NCBI GenBank assembly: GCA_048938895.1
Contig: JBHLLU010000012.1
Span: forward strand, 27,576-91,575
Length of the DNA stretch: 64,000 nucleotides
DNA from: Promethearchaeota archaeon
GTDB lineage: Archaea; Asgardarchaeota; Lokiarchaeia; Sigyniarchaeales; SOKP01
Reading direction: 5' to 3'
Shown here: positions 1 through 10,629 of the stretch, one piece after another
Layout: every line of letters begins with the position of its first letter
How positions within the stretch are numbered: the stretch's first letter is position 1
Made by a program: the position numbers and the translations under genes
Notes under the pieces: model-generated
Databases searched by the model: none
What the model was told of the DNA's origin: nothing
The model's input: the letters and a program-made list of their open reading frames with translations, nothing else

Positions 1-1597
1 CAAAATTAATGTGAAAGAAGGGCTGAATTCTATTTTTGAAAGACATAAATTCTGGGGAAATTTTAATATCAAAAATAGTGAGTGTGGTGGGATTTGGCAT
101 AAAACTTGGTTAGGAATTAAAAAAAAACCCATAGAATTTCTTAACCATGAAAATCTTGAAATCTATAAACGTTATAATCAGTCTAATCGAAGATTTGCTG
201 TGATATTAAATAATTCTTGGTTTTCAAATGTCAGAACTAGTTATGGATTAAGGTTTTTTGGAGAGTTATGGAACGAGGAAGATCTTATCAAAAGATCAGA
301 AAGAATATTGAATACAATTTATTCACTTCCTCGTTCTCAAGGCATATTCCCTGGAATTATACTTTCTGCGGGGGAGGGATCAGAAGTAGTATCTACAATT
401 AAAGGTTCATTAGGCCTTTCTGTTATTGAAGATTTTAATTTAGTTGATGTTGCCATCACTCTTTATTGGATGATTAAAATTCATCACGATTTCAATATTC
501 CTGCTAATAAACTTGTAAGTATTTGTGAAGATTTCTTAATTCTAATTGAAAAATTGCAATTGGAAAGTGGAGAAATACCAATTATCATTAATTTTGAGGA
601 GACAACGAATAAAGTTGTTATAAAAGATATTTTAAGAAATTCTGCAAGTTCTGGTGCCATCTTAATGTTTTTAACTGAATATCACAAGATATCAAAAAAA
701 GAAAAAATCTTAGTACTATGTAAAACAATATCGAAATTTCTTGAAAAGGAAATTGTTCCTGTCGAGAAATGGCACGATTTTGAGGTATTCTACTCATGTA
801 CATCCCCTGTCCCATTCAAATTTGATAAATATACAAACAATCATATAAAAAATACGTTGAGTATGTATTGGACTGCTGAAGGATATAAAGAATTATTCAA
901 AATAACCTCAAATGAGGAGTACTTGAAGCTTGGAGAAAAATGCATTGCAAACTTATCCCTATTTCAACAAGTCTGGGATATGCCATATATCAGTTATAAT
1001 ACATTTGGTGGTTTTGGATGCCAAAATGTCGACGCAGAATTAAGTGATGCTCGTCAGGGTCTTTTTGTAAAGACTTATATGGAATATTATCTTCAAACAG
1101 GGAAATGGGAATATATGGAAAGAGGAATAGCTGCTTTACGTGCGAGTTGGGCATTACAAATATTAGAAGAATATAAAGGAATCTGTGAAGGTAATCTTAA
1201 AGGAATATCTACGATGAATAGTGATGATAAAGGGTGTATTTCTGAAAACTACGGACATAATGGAAAAGATGCTCGAATTCCTGGTTATATCATGTTCGAT
1301 TGGGGTATTGGAACGGCTATGACTGCGACAGCCTATGCTAAAAAACATTTTGGTGATTTATTCATTGATTTTAAGGAGCATTTTGTGTTTGGGATCGATG
1401 GGATTCTTTTAAAAAGCTTTGATTTCATTAATGATCATGTCATACTGGAGCTGGATGTTTTAGATAAAAACGAAAATATTATTATTAAAGCACGAGATGT
1501 CCCTTTTGATTTGATAGAAATATCATTTAATTCAAACTCATTGGGTAAATTTAAAAAAGAGGAACTTGAAAAAGGAATTATAGAGAAAATATGGTAG
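1..1597 (+). CDS. Partial (5'-truncated) six-hairpin glycosidase-like / (alpha/alpha)-toroid protein
   Basis: Frame is open from the window edge through the GTG at 11. Repeated helical 'L..LY..T....YL..A'-type segments (e.g. ELFKITSNEEYLKLG, EYYLQTGKWEYMERG) are typical of six-hairpin glycosidase-like folds. Confidence 0.55.
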   Translation, partial: KINVKEGLNSIFERHKFWGNFNIKNSECGGIWHKTWLGIKKKPIEFLNHENLEIYKRYNQSNRRFAVILNNSWFSNVRTSYGLRFFGELWNEEDLIKRSERILNTIYSLPRSQGIFPGIILSAGEGSEVVSTIKGSLGLSVIEDFNLVDVAITLYWMIKIHHDFNIPANKLVSICEDFLILIEKLQLESGEIPIIINFEETTNKVVIKDILRNSASSGAILMFLTEYHKISKKEKILVLCKTISKFLEKEIVPVEKWHDFEVFYSCTSPVPFKFDKYTNNHIKNTLSMYWTAEGYKELFKITSNEEYLKLGEKCIANLSLFQQVWDMPYISYNTFGGFGCQNVDAELSDARQGLFVKTYMEYYLQTGKWEYMERGIAALRASWALQILEEYKGICEGNLKGISTMNSDDKGCISENYGHNGKDARIPGYIMFDWGIGTAMTATAYAKKHFGDLFIDFKEHFVFGIDGILLKSFDFINDHVILELDVLDKNENIIIKARDVPFDLIEISFNSNSLGKFKKEELEKGIIEKIW

Positions 1598-1653
1598 ATT
1601 TGTCTTTTTTAATTTAAAATTATAAATTTAAGAAGAGATTAAATTAATCATTG

Positions 1654-2520
1654 ATGAATATAATCAAATCTCCAATTATTTCCTGTTCTCGCAGAACTGA
1701 TATCCCTGCTTTCTTAATGGATTGGGTTATTGAAAGGTTCAACATAGGTTTTGTTGATGTAGTCAATCCTTTTAATAGAAAGCAAATAAGCAGAATTTCA
1801 TTAGATCCTAAAACTGTGAAATGTATAGTATGGTGGAGTAAAAATTTTCATGAATGGATTGAGTATTATATTAAAAATGAAAACCTTTTTAAGTCCTATA
1901 AGGGACATTTCTTTCAATTTACAATTAATTCTCCCTCAGAATTAGAAAGTAATATAAAATCATCGATAGAGGAACGATTCCAACAGTTAAAATGGCTAAT
2001 AGACGAATTTGGATTGCACGCCATAAGTTATAGATATGATCCTATAATTTTTTACAAAAATAAGGATTCTAACATCATTAAAGATAACCTTAATAAATTT
2101 CCATATATAATTGAGAATATTGCCAATCTAGGGATTAATGAGTTGATCTTTTCTTTTGCTACAATTTATCCTAAGGTTGAAAAAAGAATGACGGCAAGAG
2201 GGTATATTCCAATTGATCCACCCGTTTCAAAAAAAAAAGAAACCTTATCTAAGTTAATTAAGATATGTGATGAATATAATATTCAAATGAGAGCATGTTG
2301 CCAACCAAACTTACTTGAATTCAGTGGCATAAAACAAGCACATTGTATTGATGCAAATAAGATTGAAAAATTAATAAACGAAACGATTCCGAAAATAAGA
2401 GACACAGGACAAAGGAAAGATTGTGGGTGTCATAAATCTAAGGATATAGGGGGATATTCTGGCATTTTTCAATGCAAGCATAACTGTGATTATTGTTATG
2501 CGTCACCTGCTAAAAGATGA
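1654..2520 (+). CDS. DUF1848 family protein (SPL/radical-SAM-like, C-terminal Cys cluster)
   Basis: N-terminal SRRTDIPAF, WSKN and RYDPI motifs; C-terminal CGC..SKDIG.Y...CKHNCDYCYA. ATG at 1654 follows TTG at 1651. Confidence 0.88.
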   Translation: MNIIKSPIISCSRRTDIPAFLMDWVIERFNIGFVDVVNPFNRKQISRISLDPKTVKCIVWWSKNFHEWIEYYIKNENLFKSYKGHFFQFTINSPSELESNIKSSIEERFQQLKWLIDEFGLHAISYRYDPIIFYKNKDSNIIKDNLNKFPYIIENIANLGINELIFSFATIYPKVEKRMTARGYIPIDPPVSKKKETLSKLIKICDEYNIQMRACCQPNLLEFSGIKQAHCIDANKIEKLINETIPKIRDTGQRKDCGCHKSKDIGGYSGIFQCKHNCDYCYASPAKR

Positions 2521-2532
2521 TTTTATAATTTT

Positions 2533-2985
2533 TTATTTACTTTCAAAGAAATGTCTATGTAATTCCCAAAAAGGAGGAACAAGACCTAACTCATAAAATA
2601 TATCATAAAAACAAAAAGCACCCCATTGATCAATTACTTTCCCTTCGGAATTAATATATAATATTGCAGCTCCTTCAAACTCTACGTGCTTATTCGTTGC
2701 CTTAAATCCCCATCCATTTCCAGAATGTGTACCCTGGGCTTTATAACGAATCCACACCTTATCTTTCTCACCTTTCAATTCAACAATTTCATACTTCAAA
2801 TCTGGAAACATTGACCTAAAATATTTAATTTCATGCTTTACTTGAGCAGCTCCTCTTTTTTCTATCTGAATCCATTCCGGATTATAGTCGGGATCTACAA
2901 TTGCATCCGCTATGGTTAAATCTGGTTTACTCCACATAGATTCAAACCAAAGTTTTGCTAAATTTTCAGTATCGTTCTCTTGCAT
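2533..2985 (-). CDS. SnoaL-like ester cyclase (NTF2-like) family protein
   Basis: FPDL..EI.E...E.DKVW.RY...GTH.G...G..AT.K.V...G pattern. Confidence 0.85.
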   Translation of the reverse strand: MQENDTENLAKLWFESMWSKPDLTIADAIVDPDYNPEWIQIEKRGAAQVKHEIKYFRSMFPDLKYEIVELKGEKDKVWIRYKAQGTHSGNGWGFKATNKHVEFEGAAILYINSEGKVIDQWGAFCFYDIFYELGLVPPFWELHRHFFESK

Positions 2986-3014
2986 ACCATAATCAATCGA
3001 TTATTTTATTAAAT

Positions 3015-3863
3015 TCATAAAAATCCCAAAAAATTTGATACTCCTTTAATGTCTGGGAGTTGTACTTTAAAATAGTGAGTGACAATTTCTGATAAGAATT
3101 TGAGATAATTCACCTGGATCTGTTCATTATAGACTTCCTTGATATGATCGATAAGAATTTTTGAAGTCCATACTTTCTCTTCAGAATTTTTTATGAAATC
3201 TGCTAGTGTTTTCGAGTATTCAAATACTTTCTGAATCTCATTTCTCAATATTATTAACCCTGTTATTAATTCATATTCTTCTAAAAATTTTCTAGCTATT
3301 CCCTTCTCAATTACTATTTTCTTTGGGGCAATTATATTATCTCTATCATTAATAACCTTTCTTTTTTCAAAAATAATAAAGTTTTCGAAATTTTCACGAT
3401 TATTCTTATAATCAATTTTCGACATAGCAATAATATTAATTCCAAATAGGTTCTCCATAACGTATTTAAAAAAATGTATAATATGATTCGCGATAAATTG
3501 GTCATCTGAAATAATAATAATGGATTTTCCCAAAAAAATTGCTCTAAAAATCGATGCCATGAGAATCTCAGGTACATTCAACTTGATTAAATCATGATTT
3601 ATTGATTCAACTTCGGATGATATGTTTTCCTTTACCTCTTGAGAATCTATAGAATCTGAAACTTGAATTTCAAAATCTGCGATAAGACAATCTCTTACCA
3701 TAAAGTTTTTGTCTACATAAGCAATAAAATTATGTTCACATATCATCCCTGCATTAATATTTATAGCTAAAAGTCCTTTAGCTAGATTTTTTGTAGCATC
3801 ATCAGATACTTCGATATTTTCCCATTTAGAACATTTCGGGCATCTAACTTCAATTTTAGCCAT
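3015..3863 (-). CDS. Hypothetical protein with N-terminal Zn-ribbon (CxxC...CxH) and possible cDENN-like alpha/beta region
   Basis: RCPKC and ICEHNF motifs. The segment IFRAIFLGKSIIIISDD resembles a cDENN core. ATG at 3863 preferred over TTG at 3899. Confidence 0.55.
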   Translation of the reverse strand: MAKIEVRCPKCSKWENIEVSDDATKNLAKGLLAININAGMICEHNFIAYVDKNFMVRDCLIADFEIQVSDSIDSQEVKENISSEVESINHDLIKLNVPEILMASIFRAIFLGKSIIIISDDQFIANHIIHFFKYVMENLFGINIIAMSKIDYKNNRENFENFIIFEKRKVINDRDNIIAPKKIVIEKGIARKFLEEYELITGLIILRNEIQKVFEYSKTLADFIKNSEEKVWTSKILIDHIKEVYNEQIQVNYLKFLSEIVTHYFKVQLPDIKGVSNFLGFL

Positions 3864-4160
3864 AATTTCCCTTATAATACTGGTGAATCGTATTCTCAAA
3901 AAAAGTATATAGAATTTCTATGTTGATCTCTTACTTATCTATTTATTAAATATTGTGATATCAATTTATAAGTTTGCGATGACCAGGCTTATTATAATTA
4001 AACTATATCTATATTTTTTACTTTTTCAATTATCTCCCTTTATATGATTATTAGACTTTTCAAGATTTATGAAATTATCTATCATTCTCCTATGCCTTTA
4101 AGGCAATAATGGTAACAAACTTTTTTAAATAGAGTCTAATTAAACATTTAGGGATCTGTA

Positions 4161-4610
4161 ATGAAATATAAATATACCACTCGCTATCAAGGCGCTATCA
4201 TCCTTAAAGGCCAGATATTATTGATTAAACATAGTTTGTATAAGGATGGAGTTGAATACTGGGTATTACCAGGTGGTGGACGAGAGGAAGGAGAAACCGA
4301 AGAAGAATGTGTTCAGAGGGAGATGAAGGAAGAAACAAATCTGGACGTAGTCGTTGAGCGATTATTATTAGAGATAGTTGGACAACCTAACACCACTTAC
4401 CGGTCCTATAAGACTTATTTATGTAAACCACTAACAATTAATGCACAGCCAGGATATGAACCAGAACCAGAAGCTAGTGAAGTGTATGAGATCTCAGAAG
4501 TAGGTTGGTTTGATTTGCATAACGAAGAAAACTGGCCAACAGATCAAGTTTTTAAGCGTTTTTTTTATCCACAGCTGAAGAAGATACAAAAACTATTAGT
4601 TTATGACTAA
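4161..4610 (+). CDS. NUDIX hydrolase
   Basis: Nudix box GGGREEGETEEECVQREMKEETNL. Confidence 0.92.
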   Translation: MKYKYTTRYQGAIILKGQILLIKHSLYKDGVEYWVLPGGGREEGETEEECVQREMKEETNLDVVVERLLLEIVGQPNTTYRSYKTYLCKPLTINAQPGYEPEPEASEVYEISEVGWFDLHNEENWPTDQVFKRFFYPQLKKIQKLLVYD

Positions 4611-4757
4611 TGAATAATAAAAAGAGTACTAGTTAGAAATTAAGAATCATTAATGCTGTCCATGTATCTCATTCTTTTCAAGAGAATATTTTGAAATCAA
4701 CTTTCCATTTTTCAAATAATAAACCATGAATTATGATATTGTGAAAAAACTCCTAGT

Positions 4758-5237
4758 TTAATATCTCTTAACTCTACCATAACTTTTTTCAATTAAGTTG
4801 GCAATTAGTAGACATACTATAGCAGTAAAATTCTCTGCTGTTAAGAACGCAATTGTATTATTAAAAAAAAGAGTGCAAGTGTAAAAGCTAACGAAAAAAA
4901 CAGGAGTAAAGATTGCAAATATAATAATTAACGGTTTTGTTATTGGGAAGTTTAAAAATTGTTGTATTCTTGACATATCTAACTGCGTTTTACGGAATTG
5001 ACTTCTTAATTTTTCTCTTCTCTCGACTTGAGCATAACTTTCAAAAATAATCATTGCAGCAAAAAAAATTGCCATGGTTATTGCTATTGGAATTAAAATA
5101 ACCACAAAATAATTGCCGATCCCTAAAATGTACTGACCAATTAATGTTAAAAATAACTGTAAAACCCCACACATCCCTAAAAGAAGTAACCCAATCCCGA
5201 CATACTCCTTTGATCTCCAGCGAACTCTTATTGGCAT
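4758..5237 (-). CDS. Hypothetical 4-TM membrane protein
   Basis: Four hydrophobic segments around a basic loop; starts 27 bp after the 3' end of tRNA-Val. Confidence 0.7.
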   Translation of the reverse strand: MPIRVRWRSKEYVGIGLLLLGMCGVLQLFLTLIGQYILGIGNYFVVILIPIAITMAIFFAAMIIFESYAQVERREKLRSQFRKTQLDMSRIQQFLNFPITKPLIIIFAIFTPVFFVSFYTCTLFFNNTIAFLTAENFTAIVCLLIANLIEKSYGRVKRY

Positions 5238-5264
5238 CTTTTTCTTTAACTTTTAGTTTTTTAA

Positions 5265-5338
5265 TGGGCCCGGCGTGGTTTGAACACGCGACCTTCCGCA
5301 CGTCAAGCGGACGTCATACCAGGCTAGACCACGGGCCC
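5265..5338 (-). tRNA. tRNA-Val(GAC), intronless, CCA not encoded
   Basis: Minus strand reads GGGCCCG TG GTCT AGCCTGGTA TGAC G TCCGC TTGACGT GCGGA AGGTC GCGTG TTCAAAC CACGC CGGGCCC A. Full cloverleaf with a 7-bp acceptor stem and anticodon GAC. Confidence 0.97.
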
Positions 5339-5536
5339 TTAATTTATCGGTATTAAATATCGAAATTGATTATAGATAAATTATTTCATTAAAAAATAAA
5401 TATTTTATTAAAATTACTTCTATTCGCAATAATTAATTTAAAAACCAAATAAGGAAAATATAAACTAGAATTGACAAAATTGTAAAAATCCCTCTTAATT
5501 TCAAAAAATAGAAATATAAAAAAAGAATATAGGATT

Positions 5537-6760
5537 TTAAACTTTCTTCTCTCTTAAAGCTCTTATCATAGGTAAATCATTTCCAGAAAGAATTTCCAAC
5601 ATAGCGCCACCCGCAGTTGAAATGAAAGAAACATCATCAGCTTTTCCCGCCATTGAAGCAGCAGCACCCATTTCACCACCACCAATAATTGTAAGGGCTT
5701 TATTCTTCTTTGTCGCTGCAACCATCGTATCTACTATTTCATTAGTTGATTTTCTAAAGACTTCTTTTTCAAAAATACCGGGAGGACCATTTGCAACAAT
5801 AGTTTTGCATTGCATTAATATTCCATTAAATTGTTCAACAGTTTTGGGGCCGATATCTCCAGTAGTAGTGTTATAAGTCCCAGCTTCATCTATTTCAATA
5901 GCTTTTCTACTACCGTTATCATCGATGATCAAATCTTTGGGGACTATTATTTTGTCTTTATATTTCTCGTAAGTTTCTTCAATCATATCTCTATTTGCTT
6001 CAAGATCTTCAGCAATTATCTTGTGATTTGGTTCTCCCATATTTTTACCTAATGCTTCAAAAATTAGAATGGCTGTTAACCCTGAGCATAATGCATAATC
6101 TAATTTTCCATTGTCGAAGTTGTATTTCATTGCTTTAAACTTATCAATAGCTTTTGCTCCACCTATTAACATCGCCATTGGTTTTTCGGGATCTTGCATA
6201 ATCTTTTTCAATGCATCTAATTCTTTATCGGTTATTGGGCCTGCCATCATTTTAGGCCATCCTACAATAGAAGCATGAGCGCGGTGTGCTGCTCCGAACG
6301 CATCGACAATCACGTAATCAACTAGAGGAAATAATGTTTTAATCATTTCAGTATTCTCTGCTTCGGAGAAATCTTTGTAATTTTTCATTTCTCCTTCGAA
6401 TTTCCGTACGTTATTAAGCATTAAGACTTCCCCTTTTTTGAGATCCTTAATTGCTTGAATTGCTTGTTCACCGAATATATCTTTTACAAATTTAACAGGA
6501 CGCCCGAGGTATTTTTCGAGTTCCCTCGCATGTATATCCATATCAGTAAAATCGGCTTCTCCTGGACGAGATTGATGAGCCAATATTATAACTGCGCTTT
6601 TTTTAAAATATTTATTCAACGCAGGAGCAAGTACGCGAATTCGCGGAGAATCTCTAATTTCCATTTTATCTAAATCAATGTTGGAATTTATATCTACACG
6701 CATTAAGATTTTTTTGCCTTTTAAATCCACATCCTTAAAGGATGTATAATCAATTTTCAT
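5537..6760 (-). CDS. pgk: Phosphoglycerate kinase
   Basis: RVDIN, LAHQSRP, DAFGAAHRAHAS, GGAK, DIGPKT, NGPPGIFE, GGG, STAGGA motifs. Upstream SD GAGGT. Confidence 0.97.
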   Translation of the reverse strand: MKIDYTSFKDVDLKGKKILMRVDINSNIDLDKMEIRDSPRIRVLAPALNKYFKKSAVIILAHQSRPGEADFTDMDIHARELEKYLGRPVKFVKDIFGEQAIQAIKDLKKGEVLMLNNVRKFEGEMKNYKDFSEAENTEMIKTLFPLVDYVIVDAFGAAHRAHASIVGWPKMMAGPITDKELDALKKIMQDPEKPMAMLIGGAKAIDKFKAMKYNFDNGKLDYALCSGLTAILIFEALGKNMGEPNHKIIAEDLEANRDMIEETYEKYKDKIIVPKDLIIDDNGSRKAIEIDEAGTYNTTTGDIGPKTVEQFNGILMQCKTIVANGPPGIFEKEVFRKSTNEIVDTMVAATKKNKALTIIGGGEMGAAASMAGKADDVSFISTAGGAMLEILSGNDLPMIRALREKKV

Positions 6761-6954
6761 GTGTTTACCTCACTTTAAATTATGAATAATAATTGGTATT
6801 TGTAGTAATTTATAATTATTTTGAGTAGTTATTATTTTTTTTTAAAACTTGGAATATTAATTATAAATTAAATTAGAAAAATACAAAACAAAGCTAATCT
6901 TAATAATAAGAAATAAAGTCCCCTTTCTTAACAAAAATAGTTGTAACTAATATT

Positions 6955-7734
6955 ATGAGTGAGATAAACGAGATTTTAAACAAACTTATTGATAAAAAAA
7001 TATCCATACAAGAAGCAGAAAGATTATTACGAGCAAATCAAATTGAGGAAGTTGGAGATTTTGCTAAATTAGATCTATTTCGTAAAACAAGAACTGGTAT
7101 GCCGGAGGTTATCTATGCTCAAAATAAGACAGCATCAGTAGTAATTGAGATAATAGAAAAGTTCTTAGAAAACAAAAATTTCGCGGTCATCTCTCGATAT
7201 AACGATAAACAAAAGACTATAATAGAACAAACCTTCGAAAAATCAATTAAGTATGAAATAAATATTAGTAAACTGGGTAAAATAATAGTAATTAAGGAAA
7301 AATCATTTGAATTTCCTAAGAAAGGTGGGATCGTAGGAATTGTTACTGCTGGAAGTTCAGACATACCAGTTGCTATGGAAGCTGAGGTTATAGCAACAGT
7401 TATGGGTTGCACTGTTATTAGAACTTATGATGTTGGTATAGCAGGAATTCATCGAATCTTCACTCCTTTAAGTCAAATGATTAGAAAAGGTGTTCATGTA
7501 ATAATTGTATGTGCTGGAATGGAAGGAACACTTCCTGGATTGGTAGCTGCACTTGTTGATGTTCCTGTTATTGGAGTGCCTATATCGAGTGGTTATGGTA
7601 TGGGAGAAAAAGGAAAGGGAGCACTAATTACCATGTTACAATCTTGTTCTCCAGGATTATTAGTAGTAAATATAGATAATGGGTTTGGTGCTGGTGCTTC
7701 TGCGGCAATTATTGCAAATAAAATTGCTAACTAG
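6955..7734 (+). CDS. larB: Nickel-pincer cofactor biosynthesis protein LarB (PurE-like carboxylase/hydrolase)
   Basis: D..R..RTG.PEV, TAGSSDIPVA.EA, DVGIAGIHR, AGMEG.LP, P.S.GYG, ML.SC.PG..VVNIDNGFGAG. Confidence 0.95.
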   Translation: MSEINEILNKLIDKKISIQEAERLLRANQIEEVGDFAKLDLFRKTRTGMPEVIYAQNKTASVVIEIIEKFLENKNFAVISRYNDKQKTIIEQTFEKSIKYEINISKLGKIIVIKEKSFEFPKKGGIVGIVTAGSSDIPVAMEAEVIATVMGCTVIRTYDVGIAGIHRIFTPLSQMIRKGVHVIIVCAGMEGTLPGLVAALVDVPVIGVPISSGYGMGEKGKGALITMLQSCSPGLLVVNIDNGFGAGASAAIIANKIAN

Positions 7735-7874
7735 TATGTCCAGTTTAAAAATCACTTCTTAATCCTAAAGCTTATCATTTTATTATTAGCAAAGTTTTGG
7801 CAAAGTTATATAATTATTTAACCTTAAATTTCACATATTTAATTAAAAAAACACTATTAAATAAAGTGAAATAA

Positions 7875-8537
7875 ATGGCAACATTAGCTTCCGAGGAAGC
7901 CCTCTCCAAGCTTCGTGAGTTAAATCCAGTATTTGGTTGGTATGTTATTCCTTTCCTTGTTCTTGTACTCTACATTTACGGAGTTGAGATTAAAAATGCT
8001 AGGGAAACCGGAAATTGGAGCACTATTTTCGCGGGATTAACTTTATTTGGATTGGATTTAATTAATGAAATTTGGAATGGGTTAATTTTTACTTTTTCTG
8101 ATTATTCTGCCTTTTGGACTACCCCTGGAGCAAGTGCTTACATAATATTAATTGGTTGGAATATTGAGATAGCATTTATGTTCTCAATTGCAGGTATCGT
8201 TTTTGCCAAATTCTTGCCAGAGGATAAGAATAAGAAACTTTTTGGACTTCCAAACAGATGGACAATGGCAATTGGCTTCACAATATTTTCTGTTTTTGTT
8301 GAAATTTTATTAAATCGAGGAAATTATTTAATCTGGGAGTATCCTTGGTGGAACTGGTATAATCCTGTTCTTATTTTCTTAATAGGTTATTTTCATTTTT
8401 TCGTTGGAGCATTTTATGTATATGATTTACCAGAAAGAAAGGCAAAAGTCCGGGTAGTGGGAATAATCTATGGCATAGGGATTGGTCTGTTAGTCATCTT
8501 TTTACCTTTAGGTATAGCTGGAATAATCAAATTTTAA
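7875..8537 (+). CDS. Conserved hypothetical multi-pass membrane protein
   Basis: About 6 hydrophobic helices with internally repeated 'E(I)...(N/G)...W' segments. Confidence 0.75.
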   Translation: MATLASEEALSKLRELNPVFGWYVIPFLVLVLYIYGVEIKNARETGNWSTIFAGLTLFGLDLINEIWNGLIFTFSDYSAFWTTPGASAYIILIGWNIEIAFMFSIAGIVFAKFLPEDKNKKLFGLPNRWTMAIGFTIFSVFVEILLNRGNYLIWEYPWWNWYNPVLIFLIGYFHFFVGAFYVYDLPERKAKVRVVGIIYGIGIGLLVIFLPLGIAGIIKF

Positions 8538-8726
8538 TTATTCCTTTTTTTTAAAAAAATCAGTTTAATGAATTAAACCTTAAACATTTGGCCCTTTTCA
8601 ATATTTCAAGTTATATAATTTAACCTAGATAAGTATTTATATTAAAATTAATATAATAAATATTGAACTTATTTTTATCTAAATAAAACTAAAAAGCGAT
8701 AAGAACAAGAAATTAGTTGAGACCCC

Positions 8727-9269
8727 ATGGTCGCATCTATTGATCATCACGAACTTTTTGAGAAATCTAAGAAGTTTTTTGAAGAAAAAGATATTGACAA
8801 AACTATAGATCACTATGAAAAAGCTATTGAACGGTTAGATCGGTCAAAGGTAAAGAATAAATCAGATTATATTACTTTTTTAGAAGCTATCTTGGAATTC
8901 TGCCGTGAAAATAATTTGCCTGAACAAGAAGCGCTAGTTTTAAGAGCTTTAGGACGAACTTACTCCTTATTCAAACAACATGTAGAAAGTATGAAGTGCC
9001 ATTATCAATCTCTAAAGATTCAGAAAAAATTAGGTAAGAAAGTAGAAACTGCAGAAGGTTTGGTGTTTTTAGCCGAAGACTTAGAAGTAACGGGAAATTA
9101 CGATAAAAGTGTAGAAGCGTTTCAAGAAGCATCTGAAATTTTTCAAGGACTAGGAAAGTTAAGAAAAGTAAAAGAAATTAAAAAAGAAATCGATCGACTA
9201 AAAGAATTTTCTAAGGAAATGGTTGAAGATGAGTACTTCTTAAATAAATTTCATGTGGATAATTATTAA
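8727..9269 (+). CDS. Tetratricopeptide repeat protein
   Basis: TPR pattern ALVLRALGRTYSLFKQHVESMKCHYQSLKI / AEGLVFLAEDLEVTGNYDKSVEAFQEASEIF. Confidence 0.82.
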   Translation: MVASIDHHELFEKSKKFFEEKDIDKTIDHYEKAIERLDRSKVKNKSDYITFLEAILEFCRENNLPEQEALVLRALGRTYSLFKQHVESMKCHYQSLKIQKKLGKKVETAEGLVFLAEDLEVTGNYDKSVEAFQEASEIFQGLGKLRKVKEIKKEIDRLKEFSKEMVEDEYFLNKFHVDNY

Positions 9270-9342
9270 TTATAAAAAATGAGTGAAATTTATTTAAAAA
9301 CCAATTTTTTTTCTCTTTTATTATTCACAATATTGAAATCTA

Positions 9343-10629
9343 TCAATAAAATAAATCTTTTATTTTAGCATTTAATAGAAGTTGAATCTTTCTTACAGGA
9401 ATTCTTGTATCTTCACTAATTTTTCGAATATCTTCGTATTCAGGCTTTATATTTACTATTTCTTTCCCATTTTCTAATTCAACAAAGGAGATCTTAAAAT
9501 TAACATCATATTTCTTCTCTTGAATTTCGATCGTCCTTTTTTCAATAGTTCTATCAATGCAAACTCTATTTGTTACGCTATATCTTACCCCCAATGTTCC
9601 TAATTCATGTATAATTTTTTCGATTAGTTCAAAAGTATATTTTGGGACACATAAAATCTTTATCATATGACTAGGACGATTCTTTTTAGTGTAACTTGGT
9701 AAAATTTGTAGATCTAAGATATTTTCATTATTCAACTCACTGAAAAGATTACCTAGTATTTCTCCTGATACATCATCAACATTAGTTTCTAAAATCGATA
9801 CTTTTTCATTATATTTCTGCAATGGGTGTGTCTCAATAGAAGATTGGAATTCATTATACTCCCCAACAAATACTCGCAAGGTATTCTGAAAATCTTTAAA
9901 TTCTTTTTGCCCTGTACTATAAGCTGACCTCTTAATCATCATTTCCGGAAGAAATTCTCGGTATTTGGGATTCAAATTTGCTAATAAGGCAATTCCTGTA
10001 GGTGTCACCAATTCAGATTCTATAGGTCCACCAATGGTTATTAGCTTCGACTTTTCTAGAATCTTCAAGGTTGCTGGAGCAGGAATAGGTAAAATTCCGT
10101 GGGCAGTATCAATACTACCACCACCTAATGGTATCTTACTATAATAAATCTTCAGGTCTTTGTTAAAATAATCGATTTTCTCTAACGCACGAGATACACC
10201 TAAAATGTCTATTAACGTGTCAACTGAGCTAAGTTCATGTAAATGAACTTTGTTAACTAATTCACCATGTACTTCCGCTTCTGCCTGAATTAATGAATTT
10301 AAAACTTGATTAGCATATGCTTTTGCTAGTTTAGAAAATTTATTTTCATCCAAAAATCTGTTAAGAGCTTTAATTAGAGTTTGGGTTGATCTATGATTTC
10401 TGTTCTCTTTGATTTCAATTGTTAATTGGTTAATTAGAATTCCTGATCTTGATATCTTATTTAAGAAAATATTTAATTTGGAAATCCCAGGTAAATATTC
10501 TTTTAACTTTCTTAATTCGTCTAAAATTATTTCTGCCTTGGGAACTATCCCTAAAAGAGATGCCAAAAGCATATCTCCGGAAATTCCAGAATTATTCAAG
10601 TCAAAATAAATTATCTTCATATTTCTCAT
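9343..10629 (-). CDS. larC: Nickel-pincer cofactor biosynthesis protein LarC (Ni insertion)
   Basis: SGISGDMLL, AEAEVHG..VHLHEL..VDTLIDI, AHG.LP.PAPAT, ELVTPTG, LETNVDD.SGE, KKNRP, TLGVR, KPEYED. Confidence 0.95.
   Translation of the reverse strand: MRNMKIIYFDLNNSGISGDMLLASLLGIVPKAEIILDELRKLKEYLPGISKLNIFLNKISRSGILINQLTIEIKENRNHRSTQTLIKALNRFLDENKFSKLAKAYANQVLNSLIQAEAEVHGELVNKVHLHELSSVDTLIDILGVSRALEKIDYFNKDLKIYYSKIPLGGGSIDTAHGILPIPAPATLKILEKSKLITIGGPIESELVTPTGIALLANLNPKYREFLPEMMIKRSAYSTGQKEFKDFQNTLRVFVGEYNEFQSSIETHPLQKYNEKVSILETNVDDVSGEILGNLFSELNNENILDLQILPSYTKKNRPSHMIKILCVPKYTFELIEKIIHELGTLGVRYSVTNRVCIDRTIEKRTIEIQEKKYDVNFKISFVELENGKEIVNIKPEYEDIRKISEDTRIPVRKIQLLLNAKIKDLFY

Noticed and set aside
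5144-5356. ORFs 5144..5356 (+) and 5041..5301 (-)
   Set aside because: They overlap the tRNA-Val gene and the 4-TM CDS and arise from the GC-rich tRNA sequence.
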